This document shows, piece after piece, positions 41,873 through 59,477 of a DNA stretch of 64,000 nt. Under the pieces are notes generated by a model. That model did no database searches, had not been told where the DNA came from, and saw only the letters and a list, made by a program, of their open reading frames with translations. The translations under genes were made by a program, and so were the position numbers. How positions within the stretch are numbered: the stretch's first letter is position 1; the number at the start of each line of letters is the position of its first letter. Where the stretch lies: NCBI RefSeq assembly GCF_009914755.1, contig NC_060933.1. One strand, 5' to 3'. The stretch is from the human T2T-CHM13v2.0 reference genome, Homo sapiens.

Positions 41873-42457
41873 CTAGGGAAAAAGGGACACAGGAAAACAG
41901 AAAAAGCTAAGATCATAATGGTGATACATGTTCCTGCCAAAATAAGTGGACAGAGTCTTTTTTTAAAAAATATTGAGGCTAACTGTAAAACTTAGTAAAT
42001 TATTTTAAATAGAAATTACTGTTTTGTCACATAAAATAAGAACTGTGATTTATGCATAATTTATGCATACTTCTAACTTAAAATTTCTTCTAAGCATATC
42101 TTCATATATGATAATTAAACAGAAGCGTTCATCTCATGTAACTATATTGCTTTTCTGTCTCGATGTAGTCATAACCAATAATCCAATATTATTTCAACAT
42201 TTTTTCCTCTGGTAAGATAGATGGGCAATTCAGCTCCTTCTAATATAATCATTTCCCTTAAATATAAGGGAGTTCTTCGTGTGCTAATATGAAACAAAAA
42301 GTCTCCAAGACATATTGTTAGGTGAAAAAAAGCAAGATGCGGCATTTTTCTTACCATTTGTGTAAAAAAAAAAAAAAGAGAGAGGGAGTGAAAAAATATA
42401 TATTCTGCTTGAATATTCTGCTAGAATATTGTTAGAATAATACTTAAAAAACTTGGT

Positions 42458-42779
<322 letters not shown>

Positions 42780-44110
42780 AACTTGGTAATACTGGTTGCC
42801 TCTAAGGATGAGAATTGGGAAACGGGTGAGAGAGACTCATGTACTTTCTTATATCTTTTGAATGTGCAACTTAAGAATGTATAACTAATTCGTATAAATA
42901 AATTAAAATTTTGAAATCAAACACATGGCCATTGGTAACGTAGCAGCAAAAGAATAAGAAGGTAAAATTATTTTGAAGAGCTAAACATATTTATACTCTT
43001 AGAAAAAGCATTCCCTTACACCAAATTCATAAACATGCCAAACCAAGAATAAATAAATAAAAGCACTCATAATTCTTAAATGAATTCTTAACTTTCTATT
43101 AATTATATAAACTAGGCCAAACTTTTACTTATATAGCAGCAGATGGACTTTCAAATTTTCCTCCAAATAATTAAATAAATTATAATATTTTACATTAATC
43201 AAAAGAGGTGGGAATATGAACAATATTAATTTCAAGATATTTTTCTTGTGCCTCTTGGCTGGGATCTAATGTTAGCAACAGCCCATTTAAATGTATATAC
43301 ATAAAGGTGTAAAAATTAACTTTCATATCACGGTCTCAAAAATGATTAATGTAATCTTAAGTATTAAGAAGAATTTAAAAAACTCATACATAACCATCTA
43401 ATTATAAGAATAAAAATATTATTTTATGTAAGAGTGAGTAAATAAGGCTTTTTAAAGCAAGTTGGTAATTATTGCATACTCTGGTATAAGATAAATTATG
43501 TTGTGATGAGCACCAAAAAAAATCACTAACTACATTCACAAATTTTTAATCTTCAAGTGAAAAGTATGTTCAGGTTCCAAAACTCTAAAATTCTATAAAT
43601 GATGTGATTATATAGAAAAATAATCATGAAAATACTTAGAATTTCAAATGAATAAAAGCAGAGGGAAATATTATGTTGATATAGTTAGAAGACAGATGTA
43701 TAATGAGTTCAGAATTATGACTGTAGCCAATTCTTCTACCTTAATGTCCATGTGCTACTGAAATATTAACAATAAACAGATCCCTAACATATTCAGGTCG
43801 CAACTTAGCTGAACCCATATCCAGTGATGATTCAATAAAAATGTTATAACATCTTTCTGAAAATTGCTATTTAATATTATCCGCAGGAAATGCCTTTTAA
43901 ATGTATGTGTATGTATTTATATAAGTAAAAGCATAGATGTATATATCTATATACATATATATAATTATACACACATGGACCATATAAAAGGAAACAGTAA
44001 ATCAAAGGAGAAATAGTATTTTGACTAAATTTGAGTATTAGTAGTTGATATAATATATTCATCATATAAAATTTAATTTGTTACCAAATTAACAAATGCT
44101 GACTTTATAA

Positions 44111-44515
44111 ACTTTTATTTTAAGTTCAGGGGTATTTGTGCAGGATGGGCAGGTTTGTTACATAAGTAAATGTGTGGCATGGGGATTTATTGTACCAATT
44201 ATTTCATCACCTAGGTATTAAGCCTATTATTCATTATTTTTCCTGATCCTCTCCCTCCTGCCACCCTCTACCCTCCTCTAAAGCCCAGTGTGTGCTGTTC
44301 CCCTCTATGTGTCCATGTATTCTCATCATTTAGCTTCCACTTACAAGTGAGAACATGCAGTATTTGGTTTTCTGTTCCTGCATTAGTTTGCTAAGGAAAA
44401 TGGCCTCCAGCACCATCCATGTTCCTGCAAAGGACATGATCTCGTTCTTTGTTACGGGTGCATAGTATTCCATGGTGTATATGTACCATATTTTCTTTAT
44501 CCAGTCTATCACTGG
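44111..44515 (-). mobile_element. Older L1PA (about PA13-type) 3' end fragment, sense to RFX3
   Basis: ORF 44330..44518 (DWIKKIWYIYTMEYY...MFSLVSGS) is the ORF2 C-terminus and is followed by a typical 3'UTR. Confidence 0.88.
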
Positions 44516-46899
44516 CAATTATCACATCAAGGCAACTATTCTAAGGACTGGAGCAGAAAACTTTGCCATAGGAACTGGGTAACAGTGTTTGCTTTGTGCT
44601 GTTTCCAAGTACCCAAACATAGCTAGTTTTACATCAACTGAATTAATTGACTATGCATTACACTTACTGATAGCCCCCTAAGGAGTGACCCAACGGACTA
44701 TTTCTCAGTCAAGAATTTCGGCCACAGTATATGCTACTATTGCACAGTAGGCTGCATCAGTCATTCTATAGGTTATATGTCGAACACTAAAGAACAGTGA
44801 GAAAAACTGAACTTATATGGTACAGATAGGCTCAATGTTTGGAAAGAAATGGCTTGAGTCTTGACCAACAAATCTTTAAAGATTGTGTTCATATACAATC
44901 TTTTCTCTGATTCTACAGTAAAAGAAAAATATACATAAACTCAATTAAATCCCATTTAATGGCATGGCATCTCCTAAAAAAAAAAATCTTGATTTTTAGG
45001 AGTGAAAACAATCAAAAATCTATGGTTAGCATTTCTCACATTTGGCAAGAGGCACATGATATGAAATCTTAAATAGGTTTCACGGCACTTCAACTTTGTT
45101 AATTTTACTACAGTAACAGATGTGAAACTGTAAACTGAGAATCACAACCTCACTGTGAGTCAAGCAGATCTTCAGTACAATTGAGACGGGGATTTAAATT
45201 AAATATACTTTTCAATAATCAATTCAAGGTAATACAATAAACACTAGCAGAAGTATATTTAGACAAGTACCGCACTATCAATCAATATGGGCTTGGTGAG
45301 ATCACTTTGTGATTTTTCCATACAAAAGTTACTTTTTTTTTAATTTTTATACTCCTTTTGTTAAAAAGGAAAATTTTCTTATTTAAAAAAACGCAAAACA
45401 AAAAAAAATCACCTTAGAATTTTTATCCTTAACAAAACAACCTCAAATATGAATATTTTTAGTATAAAATTAATATGTACAACTGATATTATAAATTGGT
45501 GTTTTGTAACAGTTTTCAACTATTCCCAGTTTTTATAATTCAGTTATCTGTTTAATTTACCAGTTAGTATAATAAAAATCACACATCAAATTTGTATAAT
45601 GGATAACTTAAGGAATAATGCCACCTTTCATACATACATACCTACATAGAAAGTGTATACCTTATCAAAAAAAAAATAGAAGAAGAATCCTCAAACTATA
45701 AAGGTTAGCAATGCAACTGTATTTACATGAGCTGGATTAAACAATTTGGTTAATTTAGTGAGAGAGCAAGTAAATTTAGTAAACCCACACCCAGTTGATG
45801 AGGATGTTAAACAGGTATCAGAATCAGCATGAAGGCAAGTAGGAATACCTAGAAGAGGTGAGGTAGGAAAGGAATGGGGTTTCGAAGGATGGTAGGTTAG
45901 GATAAGACAGGGTGGATGAAATGAAAGTGGGAAAGGTAAATTTTGCCCCGTTTTTCAGTTTTCCTAAGGCCTTGATAAGTGGTATTTTCCTTTCACTGAA
46001 AATAATTTTCTAGGTGGCCTATAGGAGGAGTGCTATATACTACTGCCACCATTTTCTATCTCTTTTCTTTTTATGTTGAAGCTATAGTTACTTTTACATT
46101 TAGAATATTTTATAATTCCTTTGTAAATCTAATGGTGCTAAAGCTAGGAGGAAACTAGGAAATCATTTAGTCTAACTAACCCCTTATTTTATTGATAGGG
46201 GAACTGAGATCCAGAAAAGCTATGGTTTATTAGTAGCAATCCCCTTGTAATCTACATAAATATACTGATGTGACTAAAAGGTTTAAAATACTGTATTTAA
46301 TATTATTAAAAGGAAGAGACAACAAATACACATAAGAAATGCTTCAAAATTACAAAGAAAAAAATTACAAAAAGGAACTCTCCGCTCAGAACAGCTAGTC
46401 ATCTGTTCTGATGTTAGTAACAAATAGCGAATTAAAATAAAGAGTTTTTTAAAAATAAATTAGGGAAAAGGCACTGAATGATGAAAGTAGGAACACATGA
46501 AATTACTACAAATACACAAAGTATATACAAAGTACTTACCAAGCACATATAATATCCTGGAGAAAATCCATAAAATGAGAAATATAAAGCTTCTCATATT
46601 ACTATTTTCTCCCCAATTTATTTCTATCTCTATTTCATTGCAAGAACAAACTATATGATGAAATGATAAAATGGGATACATCTCCTTAATTCAAATCCCC
46701 AGCACCCTTTTATATGTAATACCTAGAAAATCTATTTCATTGCTGCTTTAGCTATGTGGTTCTAAATGACCATTCTCATATGCTTAGTAGAGGTGAAAAG
46801 CAGAAGTTCAGGCTACAAAGTTTGATGATATCAAATTCTGCAAAATTTTCTATGACTATTTCTATTACATCATTTCAGTACGCTAAAATACATTGTGTT

Positions 46900-47228
<329 letters not shown>

Positions 47229-48035
47229 CACTGTGTTAAAATAATCTATTAAATTTAACTTAAATATGTATGCTCCTAAGATACTGTTTGCTCATATCTA
47301 TGATCAGAGCCAACACAAATATTTTTCATCTGAATCACCTATAGTAATGCTTTCTAAAGTATCTCTCTGGTGGAATGCAACACGAATTTACATATGGCAC
47401 ATGGGTAAACATTTTTAACTTTACTATTTAAATATTGATTTCAATATGTATTAGGAAAAAATTACACACGATTTTCTATTTTAAAAGTGAGTCAACTTGG
47501 AAAACATATTAAGTTAATAATAATACAGGTGGCATGAGAAAATGGCAAAACTTACATGTCTAAGGTTTGGGATGCTGGCTTACATAATATAACTTCTCTG
47601 GGCATGAGCTAGCATAAATATTATTGTTGAAAGATGTGAAAATTCCAAGCTAAATTATATTTTATTCTCTGTATTACTGCCTGGCTTTTATCTCATAAAG
47701 TAAGCATAATATGAAAGTGAGTTCTTTCTATATAAATTTAAGATATTTTACTGATGGAAGACAGCTTATTAAAGCCAGCAGTTTAATGAGTAAAACTCAC
47801 CTTTCTAATTGCCAGTAAAATTAAAAACTCTAATTCACCTGATTAGAGGGCATATGTATCAGTAACATTCTGCATAATACTACATATACTACATTCTGCA
47901 AACTCTCAATACTAAAACTATCCAACACATTCTTGCCCCAGTCCCATCTGTGTTGTTCTTTTCCCTCTATCAAAGGAAATGTTCATTAGAGACTATTAAA
48001 AGCTAAACTAAACTACTAAAAATTCAAATACTTAC

Positions 48036-48294
48036 TGTCGCTGGGGAGGCCCGAGTTGTGTGTGTCACTGAGTGACCAGAATTCTCCATTGAGTTGCCGA
48101 TCAGATAGGTTCCTCCAGAGCTGCTGATGAGTTGTCCTCCTGTGACGCCCATCTGAATCCCACCAGTGCCCACCATACTGTGGGATGAGACCACGGTAGT
48201 CACCTGGGCGGAACTCCCTTGAGTATCAAAGTAATTCCCTCCAGTATTTTGGCTGTACATCTGTGTCTCTGTGTAAGGATACGTTGTTGTTCGG
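48036..48294 (-). CDS. RFX3: RFX3 coding exon, 259 nt (usually numbered exon 4): (I)RTTTYPYTETQMYSQNTGGNYF...THTTRASPAT
   Basis: Acceptor tcttcttcttctaaag|CCGAACA; donor GCGACA|gtaagt; phase 2 in, phase 0 out; overlaps ORF 48024..48260. Confidence 0.97.
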
Positions 48295-48919
48295 CTTTAG
48301 AAGAAGAAGAAAAAAGAAATTTACTAGCTTATTTATGTCATCTTATTAATTTTTTTCTAATATGAATGTAATTGAAATATATTGGTTGGCTTAGCCTTTG
48401 CAACATGGCAAGTTTCGCATTTTGTACAAAACTTCATTCCCAGAAACAGTTCGATTTACTTTTCAAATTAAGGGGCCACTCATTTAAATAAGTACCTCAA
48501 CTAGTTTCTGTACTACAGAGATTTTGCCCTCTCCTGGTGCCTATCTCCAGCATATAAATAAGCTCAGGTCTCTTCCCTCCAAGAAATCTTGCTGAACAAC
48601 TTCAATTGCTTATAAAATGTACTACAAATCCCAGTTTTAGAAAAGCTGGAACCTGGAATAAGTAGGAGTAGTGTGAGTAGTTGACTTAGCTCCTACTTAG
48701 CTAATACTCAGACTACTTAACATTCCTGGGTGACATCCAATAAACCTCCATGACTAAAGGAGCTATCATGGATCTCTTTCTTACCTCCATAAGGATCTTA
48801 AGCAAATAGTTTACTCACCCTGGACCCTAAGTCCCTCCCCATATCTCTCTTTCCCTTCACACTTAAGCTCCTCCTTTATAAGATGACTATTCTAACTCTT
48901 CATGTCCTCACTTTCCACT

Positions 48920-50900
48920 TTCCAACAACTACAGTCAAGCTTCTGCCCTTAGCCTTTCATTAGAACTGCTTTTAATAAGGTCACTTGTGACCACAGCTAA
49001 ATACCAAGCTAAAAGACTCCTGTCAGTCCTTATCTCTTGTGACCTATCTATAGTATGACACTGTTGGCCACTCCATGTTACCCTTCCCTCCCTTTTCTGT
49101 TCTGATTAAGCTTATTTGATTCATCTATTTTTATTTTCAATTGACTATAACTTCAATTTTAAGAGGATCTTTTTAACTTTTTATTTTAAAATACTAAGTT
49201 CTCAAGAAGTTATAATATATATAGAACAGGTTTTAAACATTCAAATACAAAATTGAAATTCCCAGTTCTTTTGCTATTATCTTCAACGCCACCTCCTAAA
49301 GCTAGCCATTCCTGAGAGTTTGGTGTATATGTTTTCAGATCTGTCTTATATATATCTTAAAGCCTGGATGTCTTAACCTTTTTTGTCCCTTAGTTTCTAT
49401 GGCTCTCCTTTTCCACTTTTTGCTTTTTACCATAACCTCTCAAGAGCCTTTTGGAATCTCCAATTTTTCTAGCACATCAAATATTAATATTTTTCTGAGT
49501 TTTCCATTTTGAGCTCTTATTTTTATTTAGATCAAAGACCTTTACCACATAAAGTACTGTATTACCATATACATGCTCTTAGTAAACAATCTTACATAAG
49601 TTGGTATCACTGCCCTCTTTACTTCCTAGTTATACTTTAAGAATATTAAATCTGGGTTTCTAACAGCCAAGTGGTCATCACTACTCAGAACTCCCATGAA
49701 ATATGGGAGGCTGTGTAAAATTTAACGTATGATGAGATTCCATTCCTCTCTTGTTCTTTCTTCCACACTTCCGCTTCTCAGTAGAGGGCAGCACCACCAT
49801 CCTCAGCTTTGGAAATTATTGCTTACTCTTCCCTCTGACTGACATGAGTTGCTGAGTCCTGTCAATGTTATCTTCTAAATAATTTTCCAATTCTCTTTTC
49901 CATTATCATACACACTACCTTAATTCATAATGTTCTCTATTATACAGGCTGAGAATACCTTATCAACAATGCTTGGGACCACAAGTGTTTTGGATTTTGG
50001 ATTTTTTCAGATTTTGGAATATTTTCATATATAAAATGAGAGATCTTGGGGATAGGACCCATATCTAAATATGAAATTCAATTATGTTTCATATACACCT
50101 TATACACATAGCGTGAAGGTAATTTTATAAAATATTTTAAATAATTTTGTGCATGACACCAAGTTAGTATATATTGAACCATGAGAAAGCAAAGATGTCA
50201 CTATCTTATGTTGCTGCTCAAAAACTTTCAAATTTTGGAGCATTTCAGATTTTGGATTTTGCATTAGGGATGATCAACCTGTAATTGCCTTCTAATGGAT
50301 TTTCCCTTCTCTAATCAGTTGCTCTTGCAATCTATCTCCAACTTTGCTGCCAGGAGAATTTTCTGTAACGCAGATATAAAAATAAAACCGCTTAAAAACC
50401 TTTCCATGATTCTCTCTTGCCTTCAGAAAAAGTTCAAAACTCTTGTCCACTTTACAAAAATCATCAGGGGGTCGTGCCTACATAATCTCGAGACTTGGTA
50501 TTAGCCATGTTATCAAATGCTCTCTTCACTCACATCATATTGACCATTTTTCTGGTCCTGACAAAGTGCCATTTTCTCTTGCCTTTCTGCTTCACTACAT
50601 AAGGATTCCTCTGCCTGAAAGGCCCTTTCATTTTATTCCACCTCCCTGCCTTTGTCCTAATCATTCTTAAGCTCTCAACGGAAGCACCTTATCTCAAAAT
50701 TATTTTCTGCATCCTTTGCCCTCTATGGCCACTCCTCACAGGACTGTTATGTTTTATGTTCTGTACTTTCCTAACATCCTTTGAATTCCTGAAACATAGC
50801 TCTCAATGTGTTGTTAATTTCCTCAAGTCTTCCTACTCCCATCAGTACTCTCAACACTTAACACAGTTGCTGGTACATAGCTGGCACACTAATCAGTCAG
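48920..50900 (+). mobile_element. Fragmented L2 interrupted by the Tigger relic and other insertions
   Basis: aactgcttttaataaggtcac..tgacc, tcagtccttatc, tctcagta..ggca..caccatcc, gcttaaaaacctttc, 3' end acagttgctggtacatag; boundaries approximate. Confidence 0.5.
49945..50281. mobile_element. Tigger4b/MER46-like TcMar DNA transposon relic
   Basis: TIRs caggctgag.../...tcaacctg flanked by TA dinucleotides; characteristic (ttcagattttgg) repeats. Confidence 0.82.
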
Positions 50901-51627
50901 CAAATAAAAATATTTAAAAGTATGGTAGACGTAATAGCCAGTTTCATAAATTTCTGTATCACAAATCTTTTATTTTGTTAAAACATGAGAAATTATGCTA
51001 AACTACTCCAAGATTTTTGATTAATTTAAAACAAATACTTTTAATCCATTATAAATTATACTTGTAATTTACAATATATATTTTAGTAAAGTAATAAGAG
51101 TGTTCTGAAAGTATTCCACACTGGGTAAAGAGCCCTTTCCAGAAAGAGCCACAGCAAATCCAGGTAAAAAGTTTAGTCTGGGGTGATGATAGAAACAAAT
51201 TCATAGAAAATGTTTTTTTTTTTTTTTTTCCAGATAGAAAAATGTCACTTAAAATACACGTACCATTCTTCTCATCACTGCTATATTTCCCAACTGGAAA
51301 TCTCATTTGTTTCTTTATTTATATGTTTATTTAATAAAATAAAACAGCCATGTTGGTTTCAAATTTAGATAAAATGAGAAATGAGGTCATTTTAATTTTT
51401 GTCTACCGAATATGACAGTGGCCCCACTTAACTGTGCTTAAAATAGCACAATCTAATGTTGATATTTAAGTATAGTCAAATAAGCTGTACAAATAGATAT
51501 AGAACAATAAATACTTTGAGAGATGCGGGACATGGTGCCCCCTTTCCTTTTCATCATCCAAGCAGGATGATTCAGGATGCCCCCTACTAGTAAGTAGATT
51601 TCTCAAATAAAACATAATAATAGCTAA

Positions 51628-51865
51628 ATATAGCTAATATTTACTGACCATTTACTATGCAGCAGACACTATTCTATGTGCTTTTTAGGCATTAGCTCAT
51701 TAAATTTTCATAAACTCCATGAGGTAGGTGCTGTTATATTAATAATTCCTATTTCGCATACAAGGTGAATAACTGAAGTTTGGATTGGTTGAATTACTTA
51801 GTCTAAAGCACAGAGCTGATGAATCATGGATCTGGAATCTACACTTAATGTATATTCTCAACCAT
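51628..51865 (-). mobile_element. MIR
   Basis: tagctaatatttactga..atttactatg..cagacactattcta...ctcattaaat...ccatgaggtaggtgctgttat. Confidence 0.65.
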
Positions 51866-52610
51866 TATGTCAAAAAAAAAGAACATAACTTTTTATATCT
51901 GTCAATGATATATGTTAACAACTACTAAGGAACAGCTTAACAAGTGGAATAGGGACCATATGAACTTCCTGTTGCTATTTGAGATTTCCTTACAGCTTAC
52001 TTTACTGTTTTCTAGCACTACACTATTCTCCATTATTACCCAGAATGAGGCCTGTAGATGATGTACTTGCAATTGTAAAGAAGCCATGGAAAAGGCAGGG
52101 CCATTTCAGAAGATACTTACCACTTCGGATTGGAATTTTAGATGTTCTATGATCGTGGAAGTTGCTACCTCATCATAAGAAAAACATCCCAAGGGATCAC
52201 TGCAGCTTTTGGGCCTGCCCTCTTTGTATCATTATACTCAGTAAAGAACAGTAATGCAAAAAAATGCATCACAGATATATGAAATATCTATATAGCCCTC
52301 AAAGTCAGTTCATAAGCTAAAAAATGACCAAAGAAGAGGAGAAGGGATAAAGTCACTAAAGAGTGTGCCTAATCCATAAACTATCCCCATCACTCCATCG
52401 TGCGACTGTGGAGAAGCCTTGGCTACTCTATAAACACACACTGGGGTAAAGAGTAGCAATTTTTAGGGAGAAAAAGCACAGAATTATATTAAGGAATGAA
52501 GTGTGATAAATTGTCTGAATTTGGCTTTGACAAAAATACACTTGCAGTTGGAAATGGGGGAGACTTTCAAACACTGGGTTGAGTAATACAGGCTGATTAT
52601 AATATCCTTA

Positions 52611-53086
<476 letters not shown>

Positions 53087-54504
53087 TTATTTTAAAAAAG
53101 AAGCACCAACGGCAAAAATAAACAGTTCTTTTTTAGGTACTAGAAATAGACTCTCTAATTCTGATATCTCAGATCAGCTCATCTTTTATATTGTATACTG
53201 AATATATTCTTCATATGAGTTACTGCTTGCACACTATTTTCTCCAGAAATTTCCTAAACATATGTTCAAGAAAACGACTCAATTTTTGGCATATCAGATT
53301 GAAAGCAGCTAACTATTTCTGGACTGTACATTCCTGAAATAGATAAATCCCCAAGCAATTCTGTGCACATTTAAATGATACTGCTGTGTTCATTTTGTTT
53401 GTTCTGTATTGATTACCATAGACTAAGTCATGAAAATAATGTCATATTATTTCTATAGCAGAAGAGAAATCTTTCCATTGTTCTGCATATGTATCCAGTA
53501 ATGAATATGAACACATCGATATGTGTATACTTGCCGACAGAAGCTTCTTCATAGCTGACTCTATTATAAGGTTCTATGTAAATGTCAGGACTCTGATTCA
53601 TTGAATTCAGTAATTTAGTGCCATTTGTTTCCCATCATGCCTTAGCATACACCTTGGCTAAGGGTGACCCTGAATATTCCCTACTTACTTATTCACTAGG
53701 ATGATTATGGCAATTTATCTTAGCTATAACCAGTTTTTTTCTGTTTTCTTTATCTTCAGGTGTCTTATCCACAATTCCAGATACTCAGTATCTCTAAATT
53801 CTTTATTTTGTATTTTACCAAGATGTTGAATGTCCTCCAACCAATAAGCTTGTCACTATAAAATCAACCAATGGCATGAAAGTGATACATTAAGGAAATA
53901 AAATAGCATGTAAATCTCATACCATAAATTGTATTATAAGGATAGAATATAGATATGGTGACCATTATCTCACATGGGTACAACATTTTATTGCTTTTAG
54001 GCTACTCTGCATACATTCTTTTAACAAATATTTAATAAGCATCTATTCTAGCACCTAGAATAAAAGGAACAACACAGACATGACCTCTACTATTATTAGG
54101 GCTACGTAACACAAGGAGAAAGTGGGCAAAAATTAGAAAGAAAATAAGATAATTAGAAGTTTTCCTCATTCCTATGAAAGCAAAAAAAAAATACAATATA
54201 AAAGTAGAATAAATAAGAGAGAGCATACCAAATAGGATAGTTAAGGAATGTTATCCCTGAAAGCCAGATTTTTTATTTAGATTGAAACTAAAAGATGAAA
54301 AGGAGTCAGCCCTATGGAAAACAAGAAGAATAAAATTTTAGGAAGACAGTACAAAAACTCATAACATAGCACACAACACAGGAAAGATCCTGATATTTAG
54401 AAGGAAATTAGAAGTCTGAAGTATTTTAGATATAACAAATGAGAAAGCTGTTAGAAAGAAATGAGGTTAAGGAAGGTAAAAACTAAACATGCATGCAGTG
54501 TAAA

Positions 54505-54795
54505 CAATTTTCTTAACTGCAGGCCATGATCCAGTAGTGGGCCATGAAATTAGTTTTAATAGGTCACAACAGCATTTAAAAAAGAGACTAGACTAGACTA
54601 GAAAACATCAGTGCTTATTACACTTAATGAGAATAAGAATCATTTTTAGAAATTTTGTTTTTATCGTAAGAGAATATACACATAAATGATTTGTGTGTGA
54701 ATGCCTGGGTATGTATGTGTGTACTTACCAGAGTATGAAATGTACGCCTAATTTTCTCACGGTGGATGATAGTTTTAAAAGCTTAAAAGCCACTG
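54505..54795. mobile_element. hAT-Charlie relic (Charlie18a-like)
   Basis: aactgcaggccatgatccagtagtgggccatgaaat...(ctaga)n gaaaacatcag...aaaagccactg resembles the recalled consensus. Confidence 0.55.
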
Positions 54796-55149
54796 TTACA
54801 GACTATTGTAAGAAGTTTGGATTTTGATTTGGGCTGGGATAGTGGTAAAGGCCTTATGGGTAGGAGGAGGTAGGGCAATGTTCTAGCCAGAGAGACAACC
54901 TACAAAGTCCTGAGGCCAGAGAGGTAAAAATACACCATGAGAAAACGGAGTTGCAATCAGGGCCCATGACTGAGATGGGCCATGTAAGATGATTCTGGAA
55001 CCTGTGAAATAGATACAATAATAAGAGGTGATCTTATTGGAAGCTTGCTCAGTGTAGTGAGGGCATTATATGTCTGATTGAACTAGACTGAGGAAATAAC
55101 TAAAGGCAGCCAGAATGAGCAACTTTTTAATATCTTAGAAAAGTTTGAG

Positions 55150-55631
55150 AGCACAAGAGGTGCATTTGGAAACCAGGGACAAATATTTTTAAGCCAGGTA
55201 CTGGCTTTTCCAACCTCCCTTACAAACAAGCTAAAGGAAATCAACTTAGGACTCAAATAACCAGGTGGACTTGCTCTAAACAAGGAGCTAGGGGCACAAA
55301 GCAATGGAAATGGTGACACACTGTAAGAGACATGTCATGTTTACAGTGGCAGTAGGGCCAGGACACAAGATCAGTACCCAGGGGTAGCAATGGCAGACAG
55401 TCTTTGGGATGGCTGCAGTGGTGTGGTGTCTGTACTGCACTATCTCTGTGCTACGGTTTTGTGCATGGTCTGGCTGCTGCCTGACATCACTTGTGCCTGC
55501 CTGTTTCCAGCTTGATTCTCCAGACTTCCTGGAAATTCTGTGAGTCACAAACATCTTTCAATAAATTCTTTGTCTTAAATAGGCCAGAGTTGGTTTCTGT
55601 TGCTTGAAACCAAGAACCTCTGCCTTAAACA
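55150..55631 (+). mobile_element. Old ERVL-type LTR (LTR33/LTR16/MLT-like); 5' boundary uncertain
   Basis: 3' end aataaattc...ggccagagttggtttctgttgcttgaaaccaagaacc...aca is typical of ERVL LTR ends. Confidence 0.45.
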
Positions 55632-56318
55632 GTTTCAAATTATGGAGTTTTTACATGGGCCACCAATACCCTGCAAAGAAGTAGCTACATTATTTGGAAT
55701 CTTCAACAAAGTGCATATATATATGTAAAATCTGTGCCTGGACCGCATGCACTACTTATTTACTTATATGAGTTTCAAAACAGATATTCTCAAGACTGAA
55801 TATCCGAATATTCATCAGACTGAAGGCAGAGGATACACCAGAAAGATGACATGTCTATTTTGTGGAAGACACCAAAAGGAAAACAGTACTTCAGAAAGGA
55901 ATTCAAGTGACCTGATATTAAACCTCCCCTTACTACATAAGAATAAAAAAGAATAGGTTAAATATAAAGTAATAAACACTAAAGAATATCACTAATAAAA
56001 CATTTGCTTTCACTTATATTCAAAAGACATACTTATTTCTTCTAACTTCATCTGCTATAACAAAAAGTAAAAAACAAAAAGCATTTATTCAGCCATTGCT
56101 ACAGCTACTGGGGAGGAAATGCAAGAATAAATGTTAAAAGTCAGTAATACTTCTTGTAATAACTTACTGAGTTTTCTCCTTCATGTGTAGTATTTTCATT
56201 ACTATGTATGTTGACAATGTACAGCATACTGGAATCATTTATACCATCCTATGATTATTTTGTAAGGATCGGCACATCTTTACTTAGCATTTAAATTCTT
56301 TATTTCTGTATGGTAGAA

Positions 56319-56508
56319 CAGTGGTTCTCACATTTTTAATGTGCATCAGAATCACCCGGAGTGCCTGTTGCAACACAGAGAGCTAGGTCCCACCCCTAAA
56401 GTTCTTAATTCTGTAGAACTGGAGTGGGCACCAAAAGCTGGCATTTCTAACAAGTTCTCAGTTGATGTGAATGCTGCTAGCCTGGGGAATACACTTTGGG
56501 AACCATTG
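56319..56508. mobile_element. MER5A hAT-Charlie MITE, ~190 bp
   Basis: Terminal inverted repeats cagtggttctca / tgggaaccattg; internal gcatcagaatcacc and gcatttctaacaag. Confidence 0.85.
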
Positions 56509-56584
56509 TACTAGTTGATACTACAATTATGAAACCTGATTTTCACAGGAACGAAAGGGAAAAAGTGTTTTAAAATTTATTCTA

Positions 56585-56976
<392 letters not shown>

Positions 56977-57266
56977 TTACCAAAATTTCCAGTGCTATAA
57001 TGGTTTTTGAAGCATACCAAAAAGATATACATAGTCAGTACATATATGAGTCACTTGCCCTGACAACAGAGGTCAGGGAAATAAATATGGACTGAAATCA
57101 ATTTTAGCAGAAATGGCATTATAAAAGATTTGATTTGAAGTCACCGATAAAAATTTATAAACAAGAAAAACCGAGTAACCACACACATGTACGTTAAGTC
57201 TCGAAAGTTTTTCACCAGAGGAAAAAACACAACAAAACAAATAAGAAAGCTGTGTGAATGCCACAT

Positions 57267-59477
<2,211 letters not shown>

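Noticed and set aside
52121-52168. Possible 48-nt exon ending at the strong donor GTG|gtaagt
   Set aside because: The acceptor is weak (GAG) and there is an immediate in-frame TAG; indistinguishable from background pseudo-exons.
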